IMG/VR virus record: IMGVR_UViG_3300005826_000294
Span: 122,330-186,329 of that record
Origin: a virus
Strand: one strand, 5' to 3'
DNA: 64,000 nt
Below, piece by piece: positions 1 to 11,228 of the stretch (position 1 is its first letter; each line of letters opens with the position of its first letter). The position numbers were made by a program, and so were the translations under genes. The notes under the pieces are model-generated. The model saw only the letters and a list, made by a program, of their open reading frames with translations, searched no databases and was not told where the DNA came from.

Positions 1-280
1 AAATAATACAAAATGGATTAACAAGACAACATAATACATCAATAATACAAGCAACCATTTTAAGAACAACGGTCACTACTCCATATGCTGACGTGAAAGT
101 GCTAAGAATTCTCGTATGATCAGCAATAATATCCCCTAAATCTATTGTAGCACTAGGAAGAGAAGATGGTCGTATCTGTGCCCCTGCGGGACAAGTACAT
201 TTCAATTGATCAAGTTGTTCCGAATATGTTTTCGGTTGCTCTTCTTTTTGAAAATTATTTCTATTAGGATCTGTTGCCAT
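1..280 (-). CDS. Partial CDS running off the window edge; Cys-rich hydrophobic protein, probably baseplate-associated
   Basis: Not in the ORF track. ATG at 280 preceded by GGAGAAGG; reads MATDPNRNNFQKEEQPKTYSEQLDQLKCTCPAG...VACIIDVLCCLVNPFCII with no stop before the edge; follows the spike-like gene. Confidence 0.7.
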   Translation of the reverse strand, partial: MATDPNRNNFQKEEQPKTYSEQLDQLKCTCPAGAQIRPSSLPSATIDLGDIIADHTRILSTFTSAYGVVTVVLKMVACIIDVLCCLVNPFCII

Positions 281-290
281 ACCTTCTCCG

Positions 291-2546
291 TTATTTTATT
301 AACCTAGCAGTTCTTGCGAAATATTTAGGATTTTCTTTATAGATTTGAACTTTTGGAGCATCTAAAGTAATTAAACTTTTACTTGTAAAAGACATGTTTT
401 TTTCACTAATTAAATCAAATCTTCCTGATGTTGTTAATGTTATTCCTGTTTCATCTATAATTAAATATGTATCTTTTTCACTACTATCTGGTTCCGTTCC
501 TTCTTCATTTGCTTTTCTTACTCTAATAATTAATTTTCCAGAACGAAATTGAGTTGGATCTAATTGTAAAACTTCTTCTCTTGCCCCTGTTCCTTTTCCA
601 ACAAATCTTGTATCAACTTCATCATTATTAGATTTTCCAATATAATCAAATCCGCCAATTTCTAAAGCAATTGTTCCATCTGCTTGTATTACAGCACTTC
701 TTCCTGATCTATCTCTTCCTAATCTCCATACCAAAGCACCAGCAGTATCTAAAACCCAAGAAACTCTATCAATTGTATTTGCACCAATAGACATTTCTAA
801 ACTTCCATCAAAATTAGCATTTATACTTCTTCCACCAGCATTTGGTTGGTTTTTTAATAATCCAGATTTATTTTCTAATCTTGTAGCAGGAGATAAATCA
901 TTTTTTGGTATTGTAGGATTTATCTCTTTTGATATTGCTCTTAATCCTTCTTCAGTAGAGGTTGGCCCATCAAGATATATACTATTTGCTTTTGTATTGA
1001 TATTTTCTTTAATTAAAGCCCAAGCCGTTTCTGTAATATCGTGAAAAGCTGTTCCAGCTTCAACATTTATTCCCATTAGTTCTTGAGAAGAATTTCTTCC
1101 ATCATCTACCCAACTGGTTTTTTTACCAACCATTCTATTATCAGGAGGATTTCCAAGAACTTTTATACCTCCGGGACCAACTTGTTCAATAAAAACATCA
1201 CGATTTTTTTTATTACGATATAACTTTTTTGTATCAACTTCTCTCTTACGACCTTTTGAGGTGGGGTTTCCATCAGATGTAATATCCAAAACGCTTGAAT
1301 TCTCATATCTTGTAAGCATAGGAACATTTCCAGTTTCAGAACTAGCGGGGATATTAATTTTAGTTAACCCTTCTTTATCAACATCAATAAACCATCTGCT
1401 TCTATCACGAGCATTATTTGCTACAGAATCCACTACCGCTAAATGATCTTTAAAAAGAGAAGGTTTTTTACTATCTTGACTTTTACTATCAAATCTATAT
1501 CCTTTTCTTACATTTATTTCCATATGATATGCTATTGTATGTCGTGCTTGTTCTAATGCATCTTCTAATAATTTTTTATTATTATCTCCAACTGGAGTAT
1601 CTAAAATTTTCCTATTAATATCAATAGTATTTCCAAATATATCAACTAACGTTCCACTCACAGTTTCTATAAGTTCATTTGGGACGGATAATGATAAACC
1701 CAAAACATTACTTCGTCTTTCACTACGATACTCTGAATTTACAACTGGAGGAACAGTACTATCTAATCTTTCATTTTCTTCTTTATATGTTCCAACAACA
1801 TATTCTCTTCCATATTCATAAATAACTTGTCTATCTTCAACAAATGCTGGGTTTCTATATATTTTTCCTCCAGTTTGTCCTTTTACTGATTCACCAAGTC
1901 CTCCAGATATATATGTAACTTGTTTGCTTGGATCCCAACCAATTTCTTCTAATGATTGCTCAGATTCAAGTCTGGAAAGAAAATCTACAAAACTTTCTTC
2001 AACATCTTCTATTTTTACATCACGTCGAATAACACCAGAAGCCTTAATTCCATAAGGAGATATAGTATAATCTACAGGTGAAGAATGTTTTATGGAACAA
2101 CGAAAACTATCACTTCCTCCACCAATTATAATTCCTTCTCCAAATTCATTATCTAAAACAATTTCTTCTAATTTATTACTATTATTTAATCTTATTTGAG
2201 ATCCTGTTGGACCTTGTAATACAATCTCTCCCTGATCTAATGAAGGAAAACCCTGATCATCAAAATCAACTTCAGAAATAGATGCTAAATCATCACTATA
2301 ATATGCGTTTGTTGGAAGAATAGCAACAGGGAAATATGTTTTAAAAGCCCCCATAGTTAAAACAATAACAGTTCCAATTTTTATTCCAACAAATATTCCA
2401 GAACCACCTTGATTTCCAAATGGATGCGGAATTGGGACTGTTGGCCCTGGATTATCATCATCTAACCATCTCGTATGCATTATACCATCAGCATAATTCA
2501 CACTTGATACAACAGCTCTTCTTGAAACCGCAGATGAATATCTCAT
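291..2546 (-). CDS. Putative baseplate central spike protein (gp5/gpV-like)
   Basis: N-terminal OB-fold-like segment (RAVVSSVNY...PIPHPFG...GIFVGIKIGTVIVL), C-terminal short beta-strand repeats (LIIDETGITLTTSGRFDLISEKNMSFTSKSLITLDAPKVQI); directly downstream of the hub gene. Confidence 0.55.
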   Translation of the reverse strand: MRYSSAVSRRAVVSSVNYADGIMHTRWLDDDNPGPTVPIPHPFGNQGGSGIFVGIKIGTVIVLTMGAFKTYFPVAILPTNAYYSDDLASISEVDFDDQGFPSLDQGEIVLQGPTGSQIRLNNSNKLEEIVLDNEFGEGIIIGGGSDSFRCSIKHSSPVDYTISPYGIKASGVIRRDVKIEDVEESFVDFLSRLESEQSLEEIGWDPSKQVTYISGGLGESVKGQTGGKIYRNPAFVEDRQVIYEYGREYVVGTYKEENERLDSTVPPVVNSEYRSERRSNVLGLSLSVPNELIETVSGTLVDIFGNTIDINRKILDTPVGDNNKKLLEDALEQARHTIAYHMEINVRKGYRFDSKSQDSKKPSLFKDHLAVVDSVANNARDRSRWFIDVDKEGLTKINIPASSETGNVPMLTRYENSSVLDITSDGNPTSKGRKREVDTKKLYRNKKNRDVFIEQVGPGGIKVLGNPPDNRMVGKKTSWVDDGRNSSQELMGINVEAGTAFHDITETAWALIKENINTKANSIYLDGPTSTEEGLRAISKEINPTIPKNDLSPATRLENKSGLLKNQPNAGGRSINANFDGSLEMSIGANTIDRVSWVLDTAGALVWRLGRDRSGRSAVIQADGTIALEIGGFDYIGKSNNDEVDTRFVGKGTGAREEVLQLDPTQFRSGKLIIRVRKANEEGTEPDSSEKDTYLIIDETGITLTTSGRFDLISEKNMSFTSKSLITLDAPKVQIYKENPKYFARTARLIK

Positions 2547-5500
2547 TTAACTATTCCTTTTCCAACCACCAACTGGAGGTTGTCTAAGTCTAATTTCAAT
2601 AACATTTTTCAATGTAGGATCAATTCCTCTTGTTTTTTGGCTTGCTACTAATCCAGATTTAAGGAAATTCTTCTCAGAAGTGGATAAATTTTTATATTCT
2701 TCTGATTGTCTAATATATGTGGAATCAATATATGCGGCATTAATTTGATAATCACCTATATTTTTATCAGAAGTGTTAATATTATTTGTATTAACAACAT
2801 CTCCACGACCATCTGCTCCAACACCTCCAGATGGTTCTCCCGGAGCATAAGGACTATGAAACCAACTTCTTATCCGACCTATACGAATATTTTGCTCATC
2901 TTTATCTCCACCATAAGCAATAAGATAAATTTTTGAAGATTCGGAAACTCTATTACTGAAATCTCTTTTTGCTATTGAGGCCGCTCGTTTTAATTCTTCA
3001 AAATTTCTATTTCCTCTTTGAGCTCCAAGTAAATCTGTATTATTTTTAGCAAAATCAACTACTCCTATAATAGTATCCTCTGGAGGAATATCTCTTCTCA
3101 TTCTATATGCCGTATGAGTTCTACCTTTTGTAACTAAACCTTTACCAATAACATCTAATGGTGTAGGAATATATTCTCCCGGAGAATGACCATATGTTAA
3201 TTTAAGAGTTGTATTAAAACTACCATTATAATTAAATGAGTGTTGCACGGACTCTACATAATATAACATATTTCTATGAGTAATATAAACAACATCTCCA
3301 AGTTGATAAAATTCATTTCCTATTAATGTAACAGTTCCAGTTATAGTATTTTTTCTTTGTCTAGAAAGTAACATAACAGCATATGGAGCACATTGTAATT
3401 CAGCACTCCAAAAAAATGGTTTTTCAAAACTTTTTTCAGTTCTCCAACCATATTGTCTCCATAAATCAAAATCTGTTCCAAATGCCGTATATACTGGAAT
3501 ATTTGCTAAACTTCCTTTTTCTCCAACAAGTGGTTCTGTCCCATTAACCGAAACACTCGTCATATTTGGTGGTTTTTCTGTAAATGTTGCTGATATAATA
3601 TGTTCATCCTTAATTACAAATCTTTCTCCAGACATATGACCTAAAACATTTTTAGTATCATCTTCAACTAATTGATCATATATCATATCTAGTTTCTTAA
3701 AATTAGAATCTACAAGTCCTTGATCTGTAAAAGCAACTTTTCCAGAACTCATATCTCCAACTTGAATATTTTGTTCTAATATTTTATCTAATAAAAGTAA
3801 TAACTTAGACCTTCTACTTATAATATTAGAAATATTTGATATAATATTAGCAGCATCGGATGAAGGAGTTCTCTGTCCATTTCTAGAAACTCCAATTTTT
3901 GCTTTACTATATTCTGGAATACTTGATAATTTTGTCCCTCTTAATCTAACTAATTTTTCTCTAGCATCATTATATAAATCTTCATTACCAATAGTGGTAT
4001 TACTAGTAAGATCTCCTTCAAAAGTTCGTTTTTGTAGATTTACCTGACTTCTTGCCGTAAAAGCTCCACCTCTAACTCCCTTACTTAATTGAATATTTTT
4101 ATTTGCCTGAGAAACCGTTGCTTGAAGAGATTTTCTCTCTTGTGGTGTTTGTGCGAAATTTCGCCCAGCAATCTCAGATAATGAATTAAAGTTAGCAATA
4201 ACAAAAATATCTCTTGTGTTCTCTCCATCACTTAAAAGTTTTTGAGTATCAGCAACTGTTTTATATCCTAATAAAGCACCATTTAATACTATTTCTGTTT
4301 CAAGTGTAATGATCTCTCTAAGTATAGATTGTTCTCTGCTTAAAAATAGATTTTTCAAAAAATCTGGAAGAACATCAATTCCAGAAGATTTCGCCATAGA
4401 AAATAAATTATTAAAAACAGATGCTGGAGTTCTATTATATTGAGGAGGACGAAAAACTATATGACCCTGAGAATTACAAAAAATCTCAAAATTAAGAGTT
4501 TCAGCAACCGATTTACATATGCTAAGAACATCCTGCCATGAACTTTTCCAAAGATCAGGAGATTGCTGTTCTTTAAACTTCAATACAAATGCTTGGATAT
4601 CATAATCTTTATCATATTCATCGGAAATAATTAAATAGTTACGGTCCCTATTTCGTATAATATCTTCTCGTCTTCTAAGAGAAGCATGTCTTAACCTATC
4701 ACCAAATAATTTATAATCTTTCCCATTTCCTAATAAATCAAGAGTAATATCATTTCCAGCGATAAATAATACGCTTCCTTTTAGTTTTTCGTCTTTATCT
4801 TTTTCATATCCACTAATTTCTTTATCAATTTGATCAATAGATTCATTAAGAGATTCTATTTTAGAATTTAAAGCTCTTGCTATTCTTTTATCACTTGATT
4901 TAGAAATTGCTAAAAATTTATCTTCTAATTCCGCCAATTCTGTTCTAAGTTGTGTTAATCTTGAAGATGATCCACTAAGTTGTCTTTGAACTTTTAAACC
5001 ATCAGCAAAAGTTTTAGGATTAATATCATAAGTTTTAAATGGAGAAAAACCTCCTTGAACAATATTAACTGATCTTTGAACATCTAAAAATGTATGAAAG
5101 TATTGTTTATAATCATTGTAAGTAGTATCTGCAGAAAAAGAACCAGAATTAAGAGCGGTTTGAACAAATCTTACGGGATCATATGGATGTCCAGTTACTA
5201 ATAAACTAATAACATTAGCTGCATCCATATTATCAAATGGAGTGTTTGAGGAATATTGACCAATTTCTCTTCTTAATTGATTATAACTTACAACAGTCCC
5301 ATCTTTTGGATCCGTTGTAGCCATGTTATAAGTAGCAGTTATAATTCCAGGTTTCCATCTATAAACCAACCCAGGGGCATGTTGAAATAAAGTAACAAGG
5401 TTTCCACCAGTCTGTTGAATATCTTGAGCTGCATCATTTTCTGTTTTTACCTGAATTCCAATTTTTGCCCCAGTATCGAAATATACTTTTGCTTCACCAT

Positions 5501-7253
5501 TAAGAATTTTTTTATTCGCGTCCGACCATTCAGGTTTTCCCTTTGGTAATCCAGTTGCAGGATCAGTACTTATATTAAATGGAGTTAAAGGATCATATAC
5601 TATACCCTGAACCTGTTGTAAAGATGGAGATTGATTAAATCGTGATAAAGAAAGCCATTCCATATTGCTATTACAAGAAACAGATAATATAAATTTACCA
5701 GAATTAGCATTATATTTATCCGTTACATTATTAACAACTCCACCAAAAACTTGAATTCCTCCCTCCCCACTTCCCTGTAAAGTTCTTAACACTTTGAAAT
5801 GTTTAAATTTCATATGCTGACCTTCACGTTCCCATTCTATTCTTAATAAATCATCATCTACTTGTGCTTCATTTTGTAATCCAAGAATGTTTCCAGTAGC
5901 ATTAAGAGATCCGGATATAGTAGCTAAATTAAATTTTTCATTAGGATCTTCTATATTTCCAGTTTCTCCTAATCTTCTTGTCCCACCATCTATAAAAATA
6001 TGAACAGAATCAAGAGGTTGAATAATAGATTTTCCCATATGATAAAGTCTCATTTTTTCTCTAGCATATTTTATCTGTTCTTTTGACTCTTGAGATTTCA
6101 CTCCACCAATACCATTAAGAAAATTCTTACGCATAGCAAATTCATAATTTTTTAAATTAGTTAAAACAGATTTAAATAAAGTTTCCTCTACACTATTAAG
6201 AGTGTGTGGTTCTGGAATATCATCCAAATTGTCTTCTGTAATTTCAAAACCAATAGCATCAATTACAGCAGAAACTCCATAATTGCTTCCAACACCTACG
6301 GAAAATGTAATAGCACTTTTACCATTTGCTTCTCTTTCTTTTTGTAATTGAGCATCAGATGCTTGAGATGTTGTTAAAGATAATCCAGCCGCACTACTAA
6401 TAGCATCAACAAATCCAGAAAGAGCAGTATCTCTTAAAGCCATTTCAATATCTTGTTCTGTAACAATTAATATTCTATAAGGATCTTCAATATTAAAAGA
6501 TGCAGAACCACTTCCATTTATATCAAGATTTGTATTAACATCTGAAATAGCAGTTATTTCAAAAATACCATTTCCTGGACCAAGTTCTTCTATAATGGGA
6601 AAACTACTATCAACATGATATGTTGTTATATCTGGAGGTTGTCTATCAGCTTGGGCTCTTTGTAACTGCATAGCTGAAGTAAAATAATCTATTTGCCCTA
6701 ATTCTTCGCTGGATGTTGATATTAAAGATGCTAAAATTAAACCAGGACTCATTCCTAATTCTTCTAAACGTTTAATTTTTGTTAATCTTTCATATAAAGC
6801 CATCGCTTCACATTTAGATGCAGTTAATCTTTTAATGGCTCTTAATAACCATTTTTCTGCTGGGTCCATTAATGTTGGATCATATAGATGCTGTAATCCT
6901 GAAAAAGCTCTTTTTTTAATAATAACACTTGTTTGAGGAGATTGGCTATATGTTTGCCTAACATTCGCTTCTTCTAATGGAGAAACTTCTCCACCTTGAA
7001 CGTTTCCTCCAGGAATTGCTTGACGGCCATCTCCAACAAAACTTGGATCAAATTGTTCTTGATTTGACCCTCCAGTTAATTTATCAATAACATTATTTAT
7101 ATCACTTTGTATAGCCTGAAAGGATGTTTTTCTTCCCCTATCTCTGTTTGGTTGTGGAAAACCTGGAATACCAATAGCATCACCAAAATCACCTAAAATA
7201 TTAAGTGTTTTGTCATCAGATAAACTTGGTTGTGTAGTCAAAATAATAGACAT
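2547..7253 (-). CDS. Putative baseplate hub protein (gp27/gpD/Mu gp44-like), large
   Basis: C-terminal GTVTLIGNEFYQLGDVVYI...YYVESVQHSF...FNTTLKL and central FEIFCNSQGHIVFRPP are typical of hub proteins; position after the tape measure. Confidence 0.65.
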   Translation of the reverse strand: MSIILTTQPSLSDDKTLNILGDFGDAIGIPGFPQPNRDRGRKTSFQAIQSDINNVIDKLTGGSNQEQFDPSFVGDGRQAIPGGNVQGGEVSPLEEANVRQTYSQSPQTSVIIKKRAFSGLQHLYDPTLMDPAEKWLLRAIKRLTASKCEAMALYERLTKIKRLEELGMSPGLILASLISTSSEELGQIDYFTSAMQLQRAQADRQPPDITTYHVDSSFPIIEELGPGNGIFEITAISDVNTNLDINGSGSASFNIEDPYRILIVTEQDIEMALRDTALSGFVDAISSAAGLSLTTSQASDAQLQKEREANGKSAITFSVGVGSNYGVSAVIDAIGFEITEDNLDDIPEPHTLNSVEETLFKSVLTNLKNYEFAMRKNFLNGIGGVKSQESKEQIKYAREKMRLYHMGKSIIQPLDSVHIFIDGGTRRLGETGNIEDPNEKFNLATISGSLNATGNILGLQNEAQVDDDLLRIEWEREGQHMKFKHFKVLRTLQGSGEGGIQVFGGVVNNVTDKYNANSGKFILSVSCNSNMEWLSLSRFNQSPSLQQVQGIVYDPLTPFNISTDPATGLPKGKPEWSDANKKILNGEAKVYFDTGAKIGIQVKTENDAAQDIQQTGGNLVTLFQHAPGLVYRWKPGIITATYNMATTDPKDGTVVSYNQLRREIGQYSSNTPFDNMDAANVISLLVTGHPYDPVRFVQTALNSGSFSADTTYNDYKQYFHTFLDVQRSVNIVQGGFSPFKTYDINPKTFADGLKVQRQLSGSSSRLTQLRTELAELEDKFLAISKSSDKRIARALNSKIESLNESIDQIDKEISGYEKDKDEKLKGSVLFIAGNDITLDLLGNGKDYKLFGDRLRHASLRRREDIIRNRDRNYLIISDEYDKDYDIQAFVLKFKEQQSPDLWKSSWQDVLSICKSVAETLNFEIFCNSQGHIVFRPPQYNRTPASVFNNLFSMAKSSGIDVLPDFLKNLFLSREQSILREIITLETEIVLNGALLGYKTVADTQKLLSDGENTRDIFVIANFNSLSEIAGRNFAQTPQERKSLQATVSQANKNIQLSKGVRGGAFTARSQVNLQKRTFEGDLTSNTTIGNEDLYNDAREKLVRLRGTKLSSIPEYSKAKIGVSRNGQRTPSSDAANIISNISNIISRRSKLLLLLDKILEQNIQVGDMSSGKVAFTDQGLVDSNFKKLDMIYDQLVEDDTKNVLGHMSGERFVIKDEHIISATFTEKPPNMTSVSVNGTEPLVGEKGSLANIPVYTAFGTDFDLWRQYGWRTEKSFEKPFFWSAELQCAPYAVMLLSRQRKNTITGTVTLIGNEFYQLGDVVYITHRNMLYYVESVQHSFNYNGSFNTTLKLTYGHSPGEYIPTPLDVIGKGLVTKGRTHTAYRMRRDIPPEDTIIGVVDFAKNNTDLLGAQRGNRNFEELKRAASIAKRDFSNRVSESSKIYLIAYGGDKDEQNIRIGRIRSWFHSPYAPGEPSGGVGADGRGDVVNTNNINTSDKNIGDYQINAAYIDSTYIRQSEEYKNLSTSEKNFLKSGLVASQKTRGIDPTLKNVIEIRLRQPPVGGWKRNS

Positions 7254-8038
7254 TATTCCTTCTCTCCTCCAAAACTTAATGGAGTGTTTTTAGAATCAGA
7301 TTTATAATAACTCTTTGGTTTTCCTGAATCTGGATCAAAAATAGCGGCTTCACGTTGCCAAGGCATGATATTTGATCTAACTCCTCTTCTATCTAGAACT
7401 GTGAATGATAATGTGTAATTATAAACACCAACACCATTATTTACTGATTCTTGAACATCAAAACTATTAAAATACCCCTTAAAAACCCATCCTTGAAAAT
7501 ACATTTCTACTGAAACAGCAAGAGATCCTAATGTTGGGAGTGTTGATGGAGATGAATTACCTCCAAGAAGACCAGTTATTAAACCACCAGTTACATTACC
7601 AGCAAAATCTCCTCCAGATTGTTGTGCTCCCGCTCCTATAAGTCCAGCAATGTTTCCTCCAACAGAAAAAGCATTTACCCTATCTGCCAACATTTGAGCT
7701 ACTTGTTGAAATGAATCCTGTTCTGCTCTATAAACCTTTCTAAGAATATTAATACCTTCTATTCCAGATGCTCCAGTATTTCCTTGTAATCTTATATCTA
7801 TTAATTCTTCCCCCCAATATTGTATAACATACCCACCTTTTGTTCTTTGTTTTTGAATAATTTTTTTTTCTGAAATATTCATTTGCTGAGGATTAATATA
7901 CATATCTACAAAACCCAATCCTGGAACTCTCCAACGAATAAGCTGACGGGATTTCCTTCCTTTTGGTGTTTGAGGATTATTTGCTATAATATCTGGAAGT
8001 TGTAAATTGCCTTCTCTACTATTATATTCACTAGCCAT
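7253..8038 (-). CDS. Putative tail tube initiator / baseplate tube-fold protein
   Basis: MYINPQQMNISEKK...RTKGGYVIQYWGEELIDIRLQG...FKGYFNSFDVQES...YTLSF pattern; immediately downstream of the tape measure. Confidence 0.5.
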   Translation of the reverse strand: MASEYNSREGNLQLPDIIANNPQTPKGRKSRQLIRWRVPGLGFVDMYINPQQMNISEKKIIQKQRTKGGYVIQYWGEELIDIRLQGNTGASGIEGINILRKVYRAEQDSFQQVAQMLADRVNAFSVGGNIAGLIGAGAQQSGGDFAGNVTGGLITGLLGGNSSPSTLPTLGSLAVSVEMYFQGWVFKGYFNSFDVQESVNNGVGVYNYTLSFTVLDRRGVRSNIMPWQREAAIFDPDSGKPKSYYKSDSKNTPLSFGGEKE

Positions 8039-10281
8039 TATTCTCTCCTATCAGCATTTAAAGCTTGTGGAAGAACCTCTCCTAGAACTTCCATAATTGT
8101 TTTATGAACTTTCTTATCATCAGAATCAACTTTTATTACTATTTCTGATTCTGTTCTAGTAACTAACATATTTGGGTTCTCTTGTTTTATAACATTTTCT
8201 TCTATATTCCTTGTTGTTTTAATATTCTCCATAACGGCTGGACTTGTATTAATAATATCTCTGTTTGATGAAGAATTAGCAATTTTTTCTAATGCTACAG
8301 AAAGATTTGGATCATTTATACCAGTCATCCCTCTTGGCATCATTGCTAAAGTTTGAGTTTTAGGAAGAAGATCTCCAGCTCCTGTGGGAAGTCTCTCATT
8401 TGATAATCTATCAACTCCCATAAGTCCTTCAAGTATGTAATTTGCGGAGGTTTTTTCTAATTCTATTGGTCTTGATCCCATATTAAGTTCATTTTGAAAA
8501 GTTCTAGCAGGACCAGAAAATCTTCTAAAATCTGTCCCATATCCTCTAAGACCTTCTTTTGTTGCATCTATAGCGGCAGGCATGTTTCCAGCTAATTTTA
8601 AAGCCCTTGCAGATCCAAGTTTTAAAGATGGTGTTTCTGTAATAGAAGTTGGTTCTAGACCTCCTCCACGAACACCCATTCCAAGTCTATTAAATCCTTT
8701 TAAATCACTTTGTATGTTCGATAAAATACTATTACTTTGAGATATTCTTTCTCCCAATGCCCGTTCCATCTTTTCAATAGAAGTAACAGTATTTGCCTGA
8801 ACATCAGTTCCACGTTTCATTAAATCATTTAATTGACGACTTCCATCGATACGAGATATTCCTCCTTGTTCAACTCCCTTTAATGTTTCTAATACTCTAT
8901 TTTGTTGTTCTGTATTCGTAATACCCGCTAATTTTCCAAGCATTTGTCTTTGAAGAACAAACTGCATTTCAAGTTGAGGATTATTGGCAGCCTGTTCTAA
9001 TGTTAGAATTTGTCCACCACCAAATCTCGCAATACTAGAAGTAAGAGATTCTAAATTTTTCTCTAATCCACCGGGACTTCGCATAGCTAATTCCATTTTA
9101 AGACCACCACCAAGAGCTGTTGCTCCCTGAAACATTCCGCTCATCATCCCAATAAAAGCACGATTTTGAATACTCATATTAGCAATTCCAGTTGTAACTT
9201 GATTTACTATATTACCAACTTCATTGGCCGCGACACCTCCAGCAGTTAATGAAGAAGCAAATTGTTTCCATATGTTAGTGGCCAAACTAGCATTACTTCC
9301 AAATATCCCCATTGAACTACTGGCTTTCATAATTTGTTCAGAAGCCATAGTAGCAGGCATAAAACCTTCTTTAATAGCTCCATGCATCTCACCCAACATA
9401 TTAATCATACTTTCACCACTACGATTTAATTGTGTATATGCTTGTTGTTGTATGTTTGAAGCATTTTCAGTACTAAGTCCCCAAGCTTTCATTCCAACTT
9501 GAGCTAATTGACTAATAGTTATTTGTTTATCTTGAATATAATTATAATTAACTAAAGCAGCATTAGCGGTTTTTAAAGCATCAGGTATAAATCTAACTTG
9601 ATCGTTATATTTTTTTGTTTCTTCAAGTCCAAGTCCAAGAGCCATAGCACTAGCTCTCATTCTTTCTGGAAACTTTTCTGCTTCAGCATCTGCTTGACCA
9701 ATACTTTTCCCAAGAGACATAAAATTAAATCGTGCTAGATTTTGAACTTCCAAATTATCTCTTAAACTTTGATTCAGACCAGAAAAAATTCCTGTAGAAA
9801 AACCTTTAAAATCTTTCATAGGACTTACCATGTCACGAACCATTGAAAAATGATTTAAGGCCATAAGTCCTACATTTTCTTTAAGTCCTTCACCGACAGA
9901 TCTTAATCCAGGCAGTAAATTGCTCATTAAAGATTTTCCAGTATTTACTATCTTATTGATAAAAATACTCATTTCACCACTAGCATCTGAACCTTTTTTC
10001 TTAAAATTTTCTAAATCTCCTAGTAAATTTCCAAAAGGAATAGCGTTAATTTTATCTCGTAAATCATTAGATGTAGATGCAACTTTCCCTAAAGTTTCTT
10101 CAATTTGTTTGAATTTTATAGTATTTTGCTCACCAGCCACAGCCATTTGTTTTAGAGCATCTTTAAGACCAGAGGCTTTTTGTGTTAGAATATCTAATAA
10201 AGATTGTAAGTTTCCAAGATTTTTAACATTAGAAGCCTGTTCTAATAGTTTTGATATTGATTCAAGATCTACTTCAGCCAT
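8038..10281 (-). CDS. Tail tape measure protein
   Basis: Helical Ala/Gly/Met/Leu/Gln-rich 747 aa protein directly after a frameshifted chaperone pair and before the baseplate genes. Confidence 0.75.
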   Translation of the reverse strand: MAEVDLESISKLLEQASNVKNLGNLQSLLDILTQKASGLKDALKQMAVAGEQNTIKFKQIEETLGKVASTSNDLRDKINAIPFGNLLGDLENFKKKGSDASGEMSIFINKIVNTGKSLMSNLLPGLRSVGEGLKENVGLMALNHFSMVRDMVSPMKDFKGFSTGIFSGLNQSLRDNLEVQNLARFNFMSLGKSIGQADAEAEKFPERMRASAMALGLGLEETKKYNDQVRFIPDALKTANAALVNYNYIQDKQITISQLAQVGMKAWGLSTENASNIQQQAYTQLNRSGESMINMLGEMHGAIKEGFMPATMASEQIMKASSSMGIFGSNASLATNIWKQFASSLTAGGVAANEVGNIVNQVTTGIANMSIQNRAFIGMMSGMFQGATALGGGLKMELAMRSPGGLEKNLESLTSSIARFGGGQILTLEQAANNPQLEMQFVLQRQMLGKLAGITNTEQQNRVLETLKGVEQGGISRIDGSRQLNDLMKRGTDVQANTVTSIEKMERALGERISQSNSILSNIQSDLKGFNRLGMGVRGGGLEPTSITETPSLKLGSARALKLAGNMPAAIDATKEGLRGYGTDFRRFSGPARTFQNELNMGSRPIELEKTSANYILEGLMGVDRLSNERLPTGAGDLLPKTQTLAMMPRGMTGINDPNLSVALEKIANSSSNRDIINTSPAVMENIKTTRNIEENVIKQENPNMLVTRTESEIVIKVDSDDKKVHKTIMEVLGEVLPQALNADRRE

Positions 10282-10291
10282 TTAAAAAACC

Positions 10292-10705
10292 TCACTCGAA
10301 GGGTGTATATTTTATATCATCAAAATCCATATCAACAATTTGAGAGTATTGGGAAGATTCTCTTTCTTGTTTAAGCATATCTAATACATCAAGTTCTTTC
10401 TTTTCATTAGGTAATCCTCTACCAAACATGTTTTCAACCATATTATTAAAATCTTCATCTGATGTTTCAAAAGAATTATCTCTTGCGTCTCTAACTTGTT
10501 GAACTCCCTCTGGATTTACAAAAATAGCATTATGTTCCGCTATATCTCTTAACATTTCAAATTGTTCTTTTTTATCCAAAAATATTTGAGTTTGATACCA
10601 TAGAAGTTGAGCATCATTTAATTTTTCAAACATAGGATCATCAACATGTTTCTGATAAATCTTACAAAGGTCCCATCGGAGTCTATGTGATGATCCCTGT
10701 GCTAT
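10292..10705 (-). CDS. Tail assembly chaperone, C-terminal (gpT-like) part reached by -1 frameshift
   Basis: The frame of ORF 10292..10633 stays open upstream to the slippery site (IAQGSSHRLRWDLCKIYQKHVDDP-MFEKLND...). Confidence 0.75.
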   Translation of the reverse strand: MAQGSSHRLRWDLCKIYQKHVDDPMFEKLNDAQLLWYQTQIFLDKKEQFEMLRDIAEHNAIFVNPEGVQQVRDARDNSFETSDEDFNNMVENMFGRGLPNEKKELDVLDMLKQERESSQYSQIVDMDFDDIKYTPFE

Positions 10706-11139
10706 TTTTTTACTTGATCTAATCCAAATTGTTTATCACATCGTTCAGCAATATTAGCATATGATTCAAGTAATTTTGCGATTACGGGTGTTTGAAGAGA
10801 GGATATAATATCCGTTTTAATAGAAATTTGATTTCCAGAAGGTTTAGGATGAAGAGATTCAAGAGGTTGTCCATTAACGGATTCAACAGCAATCGCTAAA
10901 AGTTTTATATTAAAATTAAACATAGTTTCTTCATCTAATTCATTTTTTCCAAATTCTTTTGATAGTGATATTCTTTCAGTCGCACTAAGAGATCTTATTG
11001 AAAACATTATACCACCAATCTCAACTTCTTCTTTAATACATCCAAGTTCTATTAAAGATTGTAAATCAGTCATTTCTATTTTAGATTCTTCTTTTGTAGC
11101 ACCAACAGTACCAAGAATTTTATGATTTAGTTCTATCAT
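10702..11139 (-). CDS. Tail assembly chaperone (gpG-like)
   Basis: Between tube and tape measure; ends GTA AAA AAA TAG; FSIRSLSATE motif typical of tail chaperones. Confidence 0.75.
   Translation of the reverse strand: MIELNHKILGTVGATKEESKIEMTDLQSLIELGCIKEEVEIGGIMFSIRSLSATERISLSKEFGKNELDEETMFNFNIKLLAIAVESVNGQPLESLHPKPSGNQISIKTDIISSLQTPVIAKLLESYANIAERCDKQFGLDQVKK
10705..10711 (-). promoter_or_regulatory. Programmed -1 ribosomal frameshift slippery heptamer A AAA AAA
   Basis: X XXY YYZ heptamer immediately before the TAG stop; the -1 frame joins ORF 10292..10633. Confidence 0.75.
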
Positions 11140-11228
11140 TTTACATACCTCTCCTATTTACCTAAACGGCATTTAAACTTAACAAAAATATGGAAATTTC
11201 TTTCTTGATTCATTATATTACCGGCAGG

